64,000 nt of DNA from an uncultured virus (IMG/VR IMGVR_UViG_3300032213_000694) (IMGVR_UViG_3300032213_000694:1-64000); one strand, 5' to 3'. Numbered from the stretch's first letter, positions 17,383 to 26,431 are shown. The notes: generated by a model from the sequence alone, not told the origin. A program made the numbers and translations.

Positions 17383-18939
17383 TTATGCTCTAATGTTGGT
17401 TATCACCGTCTCTGTGGATAGCAATGTGGTAGCCACTGACACCGCATTCTTGAGTGCTTCTTTAGTCACCTTGGTCGGGTCAATGATCCCAACGCTCATC
17501 ATGTGGCAGTAGGCCCCTGTTGCCACGTTTATGCCTAGACCCTCTTTTGACAACTGTTGTCCCTGGTCAAAGTCTTCTGCGTTCACGTCGATCCCAGCGT
17601 TAGCTAGTATGCGCATCATTGGTGCCACCATCGCTAGTCGTAGTATCTCATCACCCTTGTTATTCTCATCCATCTTAGCAGCGATGTCTTTTAGAGCCAC
17701 GCCACCACCTGGCAGGATGCCCTCTTCTAGTGCTGCTCTAACCGCACACACCGCATCGTCCACCCGGTCCTTCTTCTCCTTCTGCTCAATGTCTGAGTTA
17801 GCACCCACCTTGATGACACCCACGCCACCGCCTAGATTAGCGATGCGTTCTTTTAAGAACTCTTTCTCTATCGCCTGGCTCTCCACGGCCATCTGCTCAT
17901 TTAACTCCTCTACTCTCTCCTCGCCTGCACCCTCTGCATCGAAGATAATTGTATTGAAGCGAGAGCTGACAATCTTACTCGCCCGTCCACAGTCGTCAAT
18001 GGTCGCCATTAGCAAGTTGTCACCCGTCTGCTCCGAGAAGTACTTAGCACCCGTCGCAATTGCTATGTCCTGCATGATCTGATGACGCTTGTAGCCAAAT
18101 GATGGAGGAATAATTGTGCACACCTTTAGACCACTCTTAATCTTGTTCACATTAAGCGTGTTTAGCGCATTCTCATCTAACTCCCCAATGATCAATAGCG
18201 AGCCTCTGCCCTGGTGTACAAACTCAAGGATAGGCAAGATGTCGTTGATGTTTGTAATGGGTTGGTCAGTGACCAAGATGTATGGCTTGTCTAAGATGGC
18301 CTCTTGTTTCTTGTGGTCTGTTACAAAGTACTTACTAGCGAACCCTCTGTCCACCTTCATCCCGCTCACCACCTCAGCGTATGTCTCAGCGGTAGCCGAG
18401 CTCTCTACTGTCACCACGCCTGATAGGCCAACTTGATTGTACGCATCAGCGATAATCTGTCCAATCTCTGCGTCGCCATTAGCGGATATAGTTGCGACAT
18501 CGACCAACTTATCTGATGTAATCTCTGTCGACATAGCCGTTAGCTCATCAGCCACTTTAATAGCTGCAGCCTGCACATCTCTTAATACTTGTGTGGTATT
18601 GTCTTCTTTAGTTAGCACACCAGTTGCCGCATGGATAATGGCCTGTGCCAGCACCATACTTGTCGTCGTGCCATCGCCTGCCGAGTTGGCAGTCTTCTCA
18701 GATGCTTCTCGCATGATCATGACAGCTAGGTTCTCAGCTGGGTCCATTAAGTTAATTGACTTAGCGACCGTCACTCCATCCTTGGTGACCGTGATGCCAC
18801 CAATGTGTTGCTCGGACTCAATGAGCACCGTGCGACCACGAGCCCCTAGTGTTGACCCCACAGCGTTAGCTATGGTATTTACGCCTTTGATTAATTTCTG
18901 TCTGCCTTCACTTCCGAAGACGATATCTTTTACTATCAT
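17383..18939 (-). CDS. groEL: chaperonin GroEL
   Basis: TKDGVTVAK, AGDGTTT, KKDRVDDA, EEGILPGGG, GIIDPTKV; no GGM tail. Confidence 0.97.
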   Translation of the reverse strand: MIVKDIVFGSEGRQKLIKGVNTIANAVGSTLGARGRTVLIESEQHIGGITVTKDGVTVAKSINLMDPAENLAVMIMREASEKTANSAGDGTTTSMVLAQAIIHAATGVLTKEDNTTQVLRDVQAAAIKVADELTAMSTEITSDKLVDVATISANGDAEIGQIIADAYNQVGLSGVVTVESSATAETYAEVVSGMKVDRGFASKYFVTDHKKQEAILDKPYILVTDQPITNINDILPILEFVHQGRGSLLIIGELDENALNTLNVNKIKSGLKVCTIIPPSFGYKRHQIMQDIAIATGAKYFSEQTGDNLLMATIDDCGRASKIVSSRFNTIIFDAEGAGEERVEELNEQMAVESQAIEKEFLKERIANLGGGVGVIKVGANSDIEQKEKKDRVDDAVCAVRAALEEGILPGGGVALKDIAAKMDENNKGDEILRLAMVAPMMRILANAGIDVNAEDFDQGQQLSKEGLGINVATGAYCHMMSVGIIDPTKVTKEALKNAVSVATTLLSTETVITNIRA

Positions 18940-18957
18940 GTTAGATTTTATTTGTTA

Positions 18958-18999
18958 CAAATTTATATACAATAGTAACACCAAACAACTATCATGCCA
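18958..18999 (-). promoter_or_regulatory. groEL promoter: -7 box and a sigma54-like element
   Basis: TAAATTTG (18958-18965); TGGCATGATAGTTGT (18985-18999). Confidence 0.5.
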
Positions 19000-19008
19000 C
19001 AAATTTGT

Positions 19009-19230
19009 TTGTGTACAAATGTAGAACTTTACCCCCCATTACGTAAATAATATTTTTTTATTTTAGAGAAAAAAAATTTTTTCTAATTTTCCTTTATATT
19101 TTGTTCATTTTATACATAATCTAATAATAAAATATATAAATAACTATATATCAATAAGTTATAAATGTAAACTTTAAAAAAAAGTGTACACAATTCAACA
19201 TCGTTTGTGTACAACTTTACAAATAGTACA
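19009..19230. repeat. origin-like element A (GTGTACA repeats, AT-rich core, IHF consensus)
   Basis: GTGTACA at 19011, 19184, 19207; TATCAATAAGTTA at 19149-19161; homologous to 28097-28292. Confidence 0.6.
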
Positions 19231-19264
19231 ATTCGTCTTGGAAAAGTGCAATGATATTTTAGGC

Positions 19265-19299
19265 AAAAAAAGACCCAAGTCTTATGAACCTGGGTTTTT
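19265..19299 (-). terminator. intrinsic terminator (possibly bidirectional)
   Basis: ACCCAGGT-N7-ACTTGGGT followed by CTTTTTTT on -. Confidence 0.65.
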
Positions 19300-19300
19300 A

Positions 19301-19564
19301 TTATCTGTTTCTTAAAGTTGCCCTGTTAGTTAATCGATCGTAAACATATTCATTTTTACTTCTTCCCGAGGTCTTTGATGCACGGTCTATCGCACGCTCA
19401 CTAGCAGTCATCGCATTGCGTTTAGCACCCTTGGCTGTAAGCTTACCAAATGAATTTAAATCTCCACGCTTCTTAAGTATACCAATAGCCATGTCTCTAG
19501 AACCCACCTGTGAGGCAAGCCTATCAACCAATTGGTTACGACCCATGTATTTCTGTGACTGCAT
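19301..19564 (-). CDS. basic hypothetical protein
   Basis: GRNQLVDRLASQVG...LTAKGAKRNAMTASERAIDRASK; start at 19564 or 19546. Confidence 0.7.
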   Translation of the reverse strand: MQSQKYMGRNQLVDRLASQVGSRDMAIGILKKRGDLNSFGKLTAKGAKRNAMTASERAIDRASKTSGRSKNEYVYDRLTNRATLRNR

Positions 19565-19567
19565 ACA

Positions 19568-19575
19568 CAAAGATA
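19568..19575 (-). promoter_or_regulatory. Bacteroidota -7 promoter box
   Basis: TATCTTTG. Confidence 0.6.
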
Positions 19576-19589
19576 AAAAGAATATGTCA

Positions 19590-20170
19590 TATACAGGGGT
19601 TGAGGGTACCCACTAGGAATTTATTGCGGGCGGGTCGCGGGGAAACGCCTGGCCGATCGATAGGGGGGGTCGGATTTGGCAATTTTGCTTTCAGATTTTT
19701 AGCTTTTTTCTAGCTGTGCTATGCTATGCTGTGCTAGGTTTACGACGTTGCGATTTTTCGGGCCGTGCCGTTTCATTATTTATTTAGCTATCTATCTAAA
19801 TACACTTCGGAAACGTTTAGACATTTGTCTAATTACCGAACTGCACTACATATTATTTAGACGTTTTTCAAACTGTCCCATTACAATCGCTCTAAAAAAT
19901 TTTTTAGACGCGCCTAAAAATAAAATTCGAGACGCGCGAAGCTTCACCTTTGCACCCGCTCGAAAATTCACATCCTTTTAAATTTTACATAACATTTCAC
20001 TATTTTTTCGCAATTTGTTTTACCAACAAAAAAATATTTTTCTTTGTACTTTTTTAATTCAAATATGCTTTAATTGACCGTAATCGATATATTTTATTGT
20101 ATTATTTCCGTAATTTCCAGGTAAACAGCATATTTTTTTCAACAATTATTCTACTTTTTTTCCACAAAAT
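19590..20170. other. non-coding divergence region, candidate genome terminus/packaging site
   Basis: Strand switch; GC-rich patch with G7 run near 19663; TGCT(A/G) tandem repeats; TTTAGAC repeats and palindromes. Confidence 0.45.
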
Positions 20171-20171
20171 A

Positions 20172-20203
20172 TTTGCACAATAAAAAAACGCGCCGTAGTA
20201 TTG
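20172..20203 (+). promoter_or_regulatory. early promoter (-33 TTTG, 20-nt spacer, -7 TAGTATTG)
   Basis: Bacteroidota primary-sigma layout with one mismatch, upstream of first + strand gene. Confidence 0.65.
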
Positions 20204-20260
20204 CATCAACAAACGGAAACAACAAAAAAATATCATTTAATCTACTAAAATTATAGAGTT

Positions 20261-20557
20261 ATGAAAACATTTTATTTAAACTATGAAACGGCCGAGGATT
20301 TTAGCCTAGTATTCGAAAAAAGAATTAAAGCGAAAGATTTCGCACATGCGGAGTTTATAGCTTATCAATTGTGTCCGGATCAAGAACATGACTACCTTTT
20401 TAGCGTGCATGACATTTCGGCTTATTACTATTGGAGAAAAGACAATGTAATAAAAACAAAGGACGGCTATTTAACTCAATGCACGGGATATCGCAAAGCG
20501 TTCACTAAAAAAGAGCTATTCGCTTATTACGTCCGCGAGTATGCGCCACAATATTAA
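20261..20557 (+). CDS. early hypothetical protein
   Basis: 98 aa, first gene after early promoter. Confidence 0.7.
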   Translation: MKTFYLNYETAEDFSLVFEKRIKAKDFAHAEFIAYQLCPDQEHDYLFSVHDISAYYYWRKDNVIKTKDGYLTQCTGYRKAFTKKELFAYYVREYAPQY

Positions 20558-20582
20558 TTTATCACCTTTAAAAAATAACAAA

Positions 20583-21281
20583 ATGAAAAATTTATTAAGC
20601 AAAGGCACAACAAATGCCAAAACGGCTAAAAACATTTTAGAAACGCACATTTTGTACATGAGCCCTTACAATCAAAATTCAAAAGGTATAAACATTTGTA
20701 CCAAAGCTACAAAGGGATGTATTATAGGATGTTTATTTACGGCGGGCCGTGGTGCATTCAATAGCATACAACAAGCGCGCCAAAATAGAACGGAATTTTA
20801 TATAAATTCCAAAAAACAATTTTGCGAGCAAATCGCAAAGGAGTTAACTGCATTAAATAACAAGGCCCAAAAACAAGGGGCTAAAATTGCAATCCGATTA
20901 AACGGAACAAGCGATTTAGATTTCATTTCCATTATCAAAAATCAAATCGGTTTAGATATATTAGAAGCGTTTCAAAACTTAGAATTTTACGATTATACCA
21001 AAATCCTGGGAAAAGTGAAAAAATATGCGGGAACACGTTACAAGCTTACATTTTCACGCGCTGAAAACAACGAAGCGGAAGCGATCCAAGCCCTAATGTA
21101 CGGCGTGCCCGTGTCCGTAGTTTTTCACCACAAAAAAGACCTACCAAAAACCTACCTAGGCACAAAGGTAATAGACGGGGATAGCGCGGACGATTTAATG
21201 CTTGAGTCGGGTGCCGTCATCCTAGGACTAAAAGCAAAAGGACGGGCCAAAAAAGATTTAACGGGCTTCGTGGTAACTTAA
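20583..21281 (+). CDS. Gp88-like protein
   Basis: NAKT.K...C..AT.GC...CL.TAGRG...RLNGTSD...FYDYTK...LTFS...IDGD..D...GLKAKG; start MKNLLS. Confidence 0.8.
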   Translation: MKNLLSKGTTNAKTAKNILETHILYMSPYNQNSKGINICTKATKGCIIGCLFTAGRGAFNSIQQARQNRTEFYINSKKQFCEQIAKELTALNNKAQKQGAKIAIRLNGTSDLDFISIIKNQIGLDILEAFQNLEFYDYTKILGKVKKYAGTRYKLTFSRAENNEAEAIQALMYGVPVSVVFHHKKDLPKTYLGTKVIDGDSADDLMLESGAVILGLKAKGRAKKDLTGFVVT

Positions 21282-21331
21282 TTTTAAAACTTTAATACCT
21301 TTCGGTGCATAGGCTAACCGTATACAATCAA

Positions 21332-21673
21332 ATGGAAAAATTTATAGACTACACTAGGCCAAATTTTGGAACGGACAAAATACTGGATTTTACCCTTTAT
21401 TCAGACTTTCATTGCCAAAGTTTATTTTGGACGGACGGGAAAACAGACATTTATGCAAGCCCGCAGTGGGATGATTTAGAGGGCCTTTGCGCGCTACAAA
21501 TTCAAAACATTACCGATTTATCGGAGGGCTTCGAGTTTAGCCTAGGCGAGCCCTACAATTTAGAGGCACAAAACCAAAGATATTTGGCGATTGTTTCCGA
21601 CCTTATCGAGGCATTAGGCAAGCCTTATTCAAACTTAGATACATTAATTCAAAACGTTTTAAATAATTATTAA
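21332..21673 (+). CDS. early hypothetical protein
   Basis: Start MEKFIDY after A-rich leader. Confidence 0.65.
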   Translation: MEKFIDYTRPNFGTDKILDFTLYSDFHCQSLFWTDGKTDIYASPQWDDLEGLCALQIQNITDLSEGFEFSLGEPYNLEAQNQRYLAIVSDLIEALGKPYSNLDTLIQNVLNNY

Positions 21674-21674
21674 C

Positions 21675-21776
21675 ATGGAAAATTTAATCTTAAATCTAAT
21701 ATTTGGTTTCATTGCATTTGTCACGGTATCCTTAGTGGTTGTACTAATTATAGATGCCTTTAACGCTACAAAATAA
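21675..21776 (+). CDS. small membrane protein
   Basis: 33 aa MENLILNLIFGFIAFVTVSLVVVLIIDAFNATK. Confidence 0.55.
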   Translation: MENLILNLIFGFIAFVTVSLVVVLIIDAFNATK

Positions 21777-21782
21777 TTTACT

Positions 21783-21977
21783 ATGCAAGTCACAAAGCAA
21801 AGCCGTATCAGTGGCAAAATATCCTCCATGGATCTTAATATCACAAGCGAACAACTAGATAGGGTAAACCTAGGCATTGAGTTGATCCAAAACATAGTGC
21901 CTCATTTATCTAGTGAGCAAAGAGAGTTTTTAATAACTGGAATTACTCCTGATGAGTGGAACGAATTATTTAACTAA
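21783..21977 (+). CDS. conserved small phage protein
   Basis: S..SGK...MDL.IT..Q......G..LIQ...P.LS..QREFLITGITP.EW..LF. Confidence 0.8.
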   Translation: MQVTKQSRISGKISSMDLNITSEQLDRVNLGIELIQNIVPHLSSEQREFLITGITPDEWNELFN

Positions 21978-22018
21978 TCATTCACGCGCAAGCGTGATTG
22001 TGAACAAATCAAATTAAC

Positions 22019-22228
22019 ATGTCAAGAAAAATTATAAATCAGGGTGAATATACCCTCCATGTAGTGGCTTCCGAGGGCGGTGTCATTATCGTAAAAGTAT
22101 TTAATAGAGCTGATTCCGATTTACTGGAATTGTCAATTTTCACGGAAATAGGCGAAGCCCTAACCGATTATATCAGTAAGTATACTACTAAAACTCAATC
22201 AATTTTAAACTTTTTAAATACAATTTAA
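22019..22228 (+). CDS. early hypothetical protein
   Basis: 69 aa ORF in co-oriented run. Confidence 0.6.
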   Translation: MSRKIINQGEYTLHVVASEGGVIIVKVFNRADSDLLELSIFTEIGEALTDYISKYTTKTQSILNFLNTI

Positions 22229-22229
22229 G

Positions 22230-22571
22230 ATGGAAAATTTAACAATTCAATTAGCAACCATGGAGACAATATCTAGGTTGCGAGCAGACTTAACCGACAA
22301 AATAATGTCGTTGGTGGAGCAAAACAATTTACTTGGAGAGTATGAACTTGACACCCCTTTTGAAGTAGGCGATGGCAATGTAGCTTTCGCCTTTGAGGTT
22401 GAATGGTGTGACCACTTGCACCATGAAGATGGCAAGACAATTTACTTTTATCTGAAAGACATTGAAGGTGATATAACTGATGGCGAATTTATGTGGGATA
22501 TAAACATCCTTCCCTTGGATCATTTTTACACGAATGTATTATTAAACAATTCATTTAAACCTTGGTGGTAA
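22230..22571 (+). CDS. acidic early hypothetical protein
   Basis: 113 aa ORF. Confidence 0.65.
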   Translation: MENLTIQLATMETISRLRADLTDKIMSLVEQNNLLGEYELDTPFEVGDGNVAFAFEVEWCDHLHHEDGKTIYFYLKDIEGDITDGEFMWDINILPLDHFYTNVLLNNSFKPWW

Positions 22572-22573
22572 CA

Positions 22574-23059
22574 ATGGCAAACAACTGCTTTAATTACATC
22601 CAAGTTTTCGGGAGTGAAAAAGGGATGCGAATGTTTTACGATAACCTAATTAAAGATAGGTACGAAGATGAATTTGTGGTAGTAGGTTTAGGCGATTATA
22701 GCAAAGATCCTACTAGCCTGGAGTTTAGTGCGCAGTCTAAGTGGTCACCACCAAAAGAGAAACTGCAATCACTAAGCAAAGATTATAGTCTAGTAATAGA
22801 ATGTGAGTACGATGAGTGGGGATCAGACATAGCGGGTAAATTTGGGTTTGACAAGGGAGTACTAGTATTTAACTTAGAGTTCACATACCTTGAAGGCAAG
22901 TACCATTTTGAAGAGTGGAGTGACTTTTTAGAATCGGAAGCGATCCCTAGGCTAGATGACTGCGAATCTTTCAATGAGTTTATGGACATGTTTCATTTTG
23001 TGAATGCAAAAGAGCACGCTGAGTTAGTAGAAATTTATAGAGAACACGTAACTAAATAA
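22574..23059 (+). CDS. DUF1281/YubB ferredoxin-like domain protein
   Basis: MANNCFNYI.V.G...F...SKWSPP...L..LS..Y.L.I...Y.E.G....G. Confidence 0.7.
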   Translation: MANNCFNYIQVFGSEKGMRMFYDNLIKDRYEDEFVVVGLGDYSKDPTSLEFSAQSKWSPPKEKLQSLSKDYSLVIECEYDEWGSDIAGKFGFDKGVLVFNLEFTYLEGKYHFEEWSDFLESEAIPRLDDCESFNEFMDMFHFVNAKEHAELVEIYREHVTK

Positions 23060-23063
23060 GACA

Positions 23064-23372
23064 ATGAGATATTTTTTATTAGGAACATACGGCATAGATA
23101 TGTTCAACAAGAATGATTACAAATCATTAGCACAAAATAAAAACAAATGGGAACTAGTTGGTTATAGTTCTCATTGGGATGATATCACGGAATTAATAGA
23201 GCATGTGATAGGCTGGGATTCTTATTTAGAATTATTAGAGAGCGAAGTAAAAGAAATTAACGATACAATCGAGGTTTATGAGAAGCAAAATCGTGATTTT
23301 TATAGAGAGTTTTATGCCAATAGAAAGAAACAAATCAGCGATGAGTTTCAGCGTGAGCATACTGGATTTTAA
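23064..23372 (+). CDS. hypothetical protein
   Basis: 102 aa ORF. Confidence 0.65.
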   Translation: MRYFLLGTYGIDMFNKNDYKSLAQNKNKWELVGYSSHWDDITELIEHVIGWDSYLELLESEVKEINDTIEVYEKQNRDFYREFYANRKKQISDEFQREHTGF

Positions 23373-23400
23373 TTAATAACCTTATAAACAATAAAATACA

Positions 23401-23634
23401 ATGGAAAACAATTTAAAATTAGTTGAGCAGTTTTTAGCCGAGGCAAACATGACTGCATTAGATTTTTATTCAATTACAATTAGTCCTTATCGAATTGCAT
23501 TGCAAGGCTCATTTGATCGTGACCTGGGCCTTAAAGCTAGTCTATTTGGAGAGGGCAGACTAGGCAATACAACCGGGTTCATCGGGTTTAATTTTCAGTA
23601 CAAAGAAGCTAACATTGACATAACTTTAACATAA
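23401..23634 (+). CDS. hypothetical protein
   Basis: 77 aa ORF coupled to next gene. Confidence 0.65.
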   Translation: MENNLKLVEQFLAEANMTALDFYSITISPYRIALQGSFDRDLGLKASLFGEGRLGNTTGFIGFNFQYKEANIDITLT

Positions 23635-24305
23635 TGAAAAGGATATTAGTAGCATGTGAAGAAAGCCAAGCAGTCACTAAAGAACTGCGAGCACTAGGCC
23701 ATGAGGCATTCAGTTGCGATTTATTGCCATGTAGTGGTGGACATCCTGAGTGGCACATACAAGGGGATGTATTTGAGGTGATTAGTAATGGATGGGATAT
23801 AATGATCGCCCATCCACCTTGCACCTATCTATCCCAAAGTGGTACTCAATGGTTGTATCATCCTGAAGACAAGCATCTATTAAGTCAAGAGAGAAGACCC
23901 CATCCAAAATACCCTACACGTAAAAAAGATAGGGATGATGCAGTAGATTTTGTTAAAAGACTTTATGATTGTGATATTCCTTGCATAGCAATTGAGAATC
24001 CAATAGGATCACTTAGTTCACTATGGCGCAAGCCTGATCAGATAGTTCAGCCTTGGATGTTTGGTGACAAGGCAAGTAAGTCTACTTGTTTTTGGCTAAA
24101 GGGGCTACCTAAACTGGTTCCTACTGATATAGTAGATAGGGGTGAATTCTTTGAGTTTACCACTAAGAAAGGTGTAGTAAAGAAACAACCTATGTGGTAC
24201 TACAAAGCATTGAGTGAAGCCAAAACATCTGCTGAACGTAGAACATTGCGCAGTAAAACTTTTCAAGGAATGGCCAAGGCCATCGCTAAACAATGGAGCA
24301 AATGA
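23634..24305 (+). CDS. phage DNA cytosine-C5 methyltransferase-like protein
   Basis: ILVACEESQ, SCDL, IAHPPCT (catalytic PC), IENP, K.TC.WLKGLP, RSKTF.G.A.A.A.QW. Confidence 0.82.
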   Translation: MKRILVACEESQAVTKELRALGHEAFSCDLLPCSGGHPEWHIQGDVFEVISNGWDIMIAHPPCTYLSQSGTQWLYHPEDKHLLSQERRPHPKYPTRKKDRDDAVDFVKRLYDCDIPCIAIENPIGSLSSLWRKPDQIVQPWMFGDKASKSTCFWLKGLPKLVPTDIVDRGEFFEFTTKKGVVKKQPMWYYKALSEAKTSAERRTLRSKTFQGMAKAIAKQWSK

Positions 24306-24583
24306 CATACAACGAATGGTGCGAGTATGCTCAGTTCGGGCAGACTTGCGAATACGACAATCAAATCTTACAATTTGTGGAGCAATATAACAATGCGAAG
24401 CACCAACAATTTTTAAATCAGATAGATAATGATAGATCAAATAGATCGGTTCAGAGAGATGCTAATTTCTGGGACAAAAGGCGGGATGTTTCGCCTACCT
24501 ACGGCAACGGGTCGGATAGTTCAGTTGAATTTTACACGAGACCCTACGACCAAGAGGTACATACTGCAGTGCTACGATGGTAA
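24293..24583 (+). CDS. hypothetical protein
   Basis: 96 aa; 3' half overlaps next gene. Confidence 0.5.
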   Translation: MEQMTYNEWCEYAQFGQTCEYDNQILQFVEQYNNAKHQQFLNQIDNDRSNRSVQRDANFWDKRRDVSPTYGNGSDSSVEFYTRPYDQEVHTAVLRW

Positions 24584-24671
24584 CAACTTAATATGGGTTA
24601 GTAATAGCGGACTTAGTAAGGACTTAGTCCATGATTTTAATGAAATAATTTATCAATATACAGAACTATGA
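24429..24671 (+). CDS. hypothetical protein
   Basis: 80 aa; stop overlaps next ATG (ATGA). Confidence 0.6.
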   Translation: MIDQIDRFREMLISGTKGGMFRLPTATGRIVQLNFTRDPTTKRYILQCYDGNNLIWVSNSGLSKDLVHDFNEIIYQYTEL

Positions 24672-24829
24672 ATTCACTATTTAAAATTTCATACGGCTTG
24701 TTTGCCTCGGTGCTACCAAGTAGTTACTTTGGATTTATGACGGCCACATTTTTATTGTTTACTGCTGGTTTGTTAGTATTAGCGATGGCGGTTTATGTAG
24801 ATAACTTAAATAAAAATAACAATGGATAA
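24668..24829 (+). CDS. small membrane protein
   Basis: 53 aa, hydrophobic, coupled. Confidence 0.55.
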   Translation: MNSLFKISYGLFASVLPSSYFGFMTATFLLFTAGLLVLAMAVYVDNLNKNNNG

Positions 24830-24923
24830 GAAAGAAAAAGCAATTGTATACAGTGCCATTACATTATGGTTAGTGTGGGCTGTTAGTTTATTTTTATACG
24901 CTCATTATATCCTGAACGTATGA
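24822..24923 (+). CDS. small membrane protein
   Basis: 33 aa MDKKEKAIVYSAITLWLVWAVSLFLYAHYILNV. Confidence 0.55.
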   Translation: MDKKEKAIVYSAITLWLVWAVSLFLYAHYILNV

Positions 24924-24997
24924 ATGAGAGAAAACGTTTCGCAATCTTTATGATTGCCCTTTGGTTAATTACAATCACTTTATTAATTATTATATGA
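24920..24997 (+). CDS. small membrane peptide
   Basis: 25 aa MNERKRFAIFMIALWLITITLLIII; ATGA overlaps at both ends. Confidence 0.55.
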   Translation: MNERKRFAIFMIALWLITITLLIII

Positions 24998-25326
24998 TAT
25001 CAGATGTAGATAAGATAGATAGAATCTCAAGGAGAATATGCTATCGCCACCGAATTAGAAAGAAGGATATGTTTCTTAATACGAAGCTATCCCCTATTGT
25101 ATCAGCTCGACATCACTTCTATGCCTTATGCGATAGCGAGGGCATAAAGTTGTGGGAGATTCAAAGATACTGCGAGAGGTACGGGTATCCTATTGATCAC
25201 TCGTCCATACTATATGGCATTAATAAGATTAAAGAATTCGAGAAAAATCAAACAGGCACTACTAACCTGGTGACTGCAAAATCTAAACAAGAACTAGCTA
25301 GAGAACGCGATGGAAGAAAAATTTAA
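24994..25326 (+). CDS. DnaA C-terminal-like HTH protein
   Basis: IVSARHHFYALC...EI...DHSSILYGINKI resembles DnaA domain IV. Confidence 0.7.
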   Translation: MISDVDKIDRISRRICYRHRIRKKDMFLNTKLSPIVSARHHFYALCDSEGIKLWEIQRYCERYGYPIDHSSILYGINKIKEFEKNQTGTTNLVTAKSKQELARERDGRKI

Positions 25327-25441
25327 TTGCAAGGAAGTCTCAGAGGTTGCCTTCAGACAATTTGTAACTGGTGTCATCATTGGTGCATCAGGCACATTGA
25401 GTGCATTACTATCTATTTACATTTTAATCAGATTCAGCTAA
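25310..25441 (+). CDS. small membrane protein
   Basis: 43 aa MEEKFNCKEV...GVIIGASGTLSALLSIYILIRFS. Confidence 0.55.
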   Translation: MEEKFNCKEVSEVAFRQFVTGVIIGASGTLSALLSIYILIRFS

Positions 25442-25743
25442 TGGAAAAGCTAATTAGATCCCGCAAAGGATTCGAGGAATCCGACATGCGATGCCCATGG
25501 TGTCAGCATGAGCACGACATAAAGGTAGTTGAGCGGTTGTTCATCAAGTCAGGCAATAAGCTAACGATGAACCTAGTATGTGATGATTGTGATAAAACGA
25601 TGCAGTTGCAAAAGCACAAGCAGGGTCACTTTACGTTTTACCCTTACATTGACCATAAGAAGCGTAGACTACGCAAGACTGGTTGGGTTCAAACAAAGTT
25701 CTATGCACCTATAGACTACTCAGAAGAATGGGCAAAAAGATAA
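25441..25743 (+). CDS. zinc-ribbon protein
   Basis: CPWC...CDDC; start MEKLIRS. Confidence 0.65.
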   Translation: MEKLIRSRKGFEESDMRCPWCQHEHDIKVVERLFIKSGNKLTMNLVCDDCDKTMQLQKHKQGHFTFYPYIDHKKRRLRKTGWVQTKFYAPIDYSEEWAKR

Positions 25744-25988
25744 CTACTGTTGGCTTATGTAATAAGACTAAGCGTTCCCTCAGGGAGAAAGGGCTACGCT
25801 ATGCTAGTGTGCTTGGTGGCAACAATTTATTGGTGCTTAAGTCTAGTGGTGACTACCATTACCTACTTATTCAGTTTGACCATTTGCCTGAGCATTGGAT
25901 AACTGATAGAAAGTATTTTAACATTAAGATAGCTTATGCTATTGATCACGATCAAATTTTAAACGCTATAGACAGATACTTAAAATGA
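25728..25988 (+). CDS. hypothetical protein
   Basis: Start MGKKITT. Confidence 0.6.
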   Translation: MGKKITTVGLCNKTKRSLREKGLRYASVLGGNNLLVLKSSGDYHYLLIQFDHLPEHWITDRKYFNIKIAYAIDHDQILNAIDRYLK

Positions 25989-26116
25989 TAACATACGTAG
26001 CATTATTTATAATCCATGCACTGGTGCTTGCACCGCTTGTTTACCTATGGGTTAACGGCATAGATGACATGAACAAAAACCATCCTGACTACAAGGGTGA
26101 AGACTTTTTAAATTAA
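25985..26116 (+). CDS. small membrane protein (WV.GID.M...HPDYKGED)
   Basis: 43 aa, N-terminal TM helix. Confidence 0.65.
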   Translation: MITYVALFIIHALVLAPLVYLWVNGIDDMNKNHPDYKGEDFLN

Positions 26117-26122
26117 AATCAA

Positions 26123-26431
26123 ATGACACAAGAACAATTCAACGAAGCGTACGATACGCTCTACAACCATGCGATGTCCATCAGAGAGGCAAAGCAACCT
26201 GAGTACACGCTAGAGAACATAGATATCCTCAACAATTTTAAGGAGTCTGCCAAGCGAGCTGGTGTCACTCCATTACAAGTGTGGTCTATCTTTTTTGATA
26301 AGCAATTGAGCTCTATTCAGGCACATATCAAGAATCCTGATCTAAAAGCGGCCGAACCTTTGTCATCAAGATTTGCCGATTTGTATAATTATTTATTGCT
26401 TGGCTATTGCTTATTCCAAGAAAAAAATTAA
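26123..26431 (+). CDS. nucleotide-modification-associated domain 1 (DUF1599-like) protein
   Basis: K..EY....D.L.NF...K....E....R..DL.NY..L helical pattern. Confidence 0.6.
   Translation: MTQEQFNEAYDTLYNHAMSIREAKQPEYTLENIDILNNFKESAKRAGVTPLQVWSIFFDKQLSSIQAHIKNPDLKAAEPLSSRFADLYNYLLLGYCLFQEKN

Noticed and set aside
17531..19024. Long + strand ORFs opposite groEL
   Set aside because: Antisense shadows of a codon-biased gene; no leader or recognisable motifs
19510..19981. + strand ORFs 19510..19713 and 19721..19981
   Set aside because: Atypical composition, upstream of the early promoter, overlap repeats; probably non-coding
21298..22004. Small intergenic hairpins CGGT-N10-ACCG (near 21303) and TCACGC-GCAA-GCGTGA (21982-21997) as ncRNA or tRNA
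   Set aside because: Too short, no cloverleaf or U-tract; at most mRNA processing or stability elements
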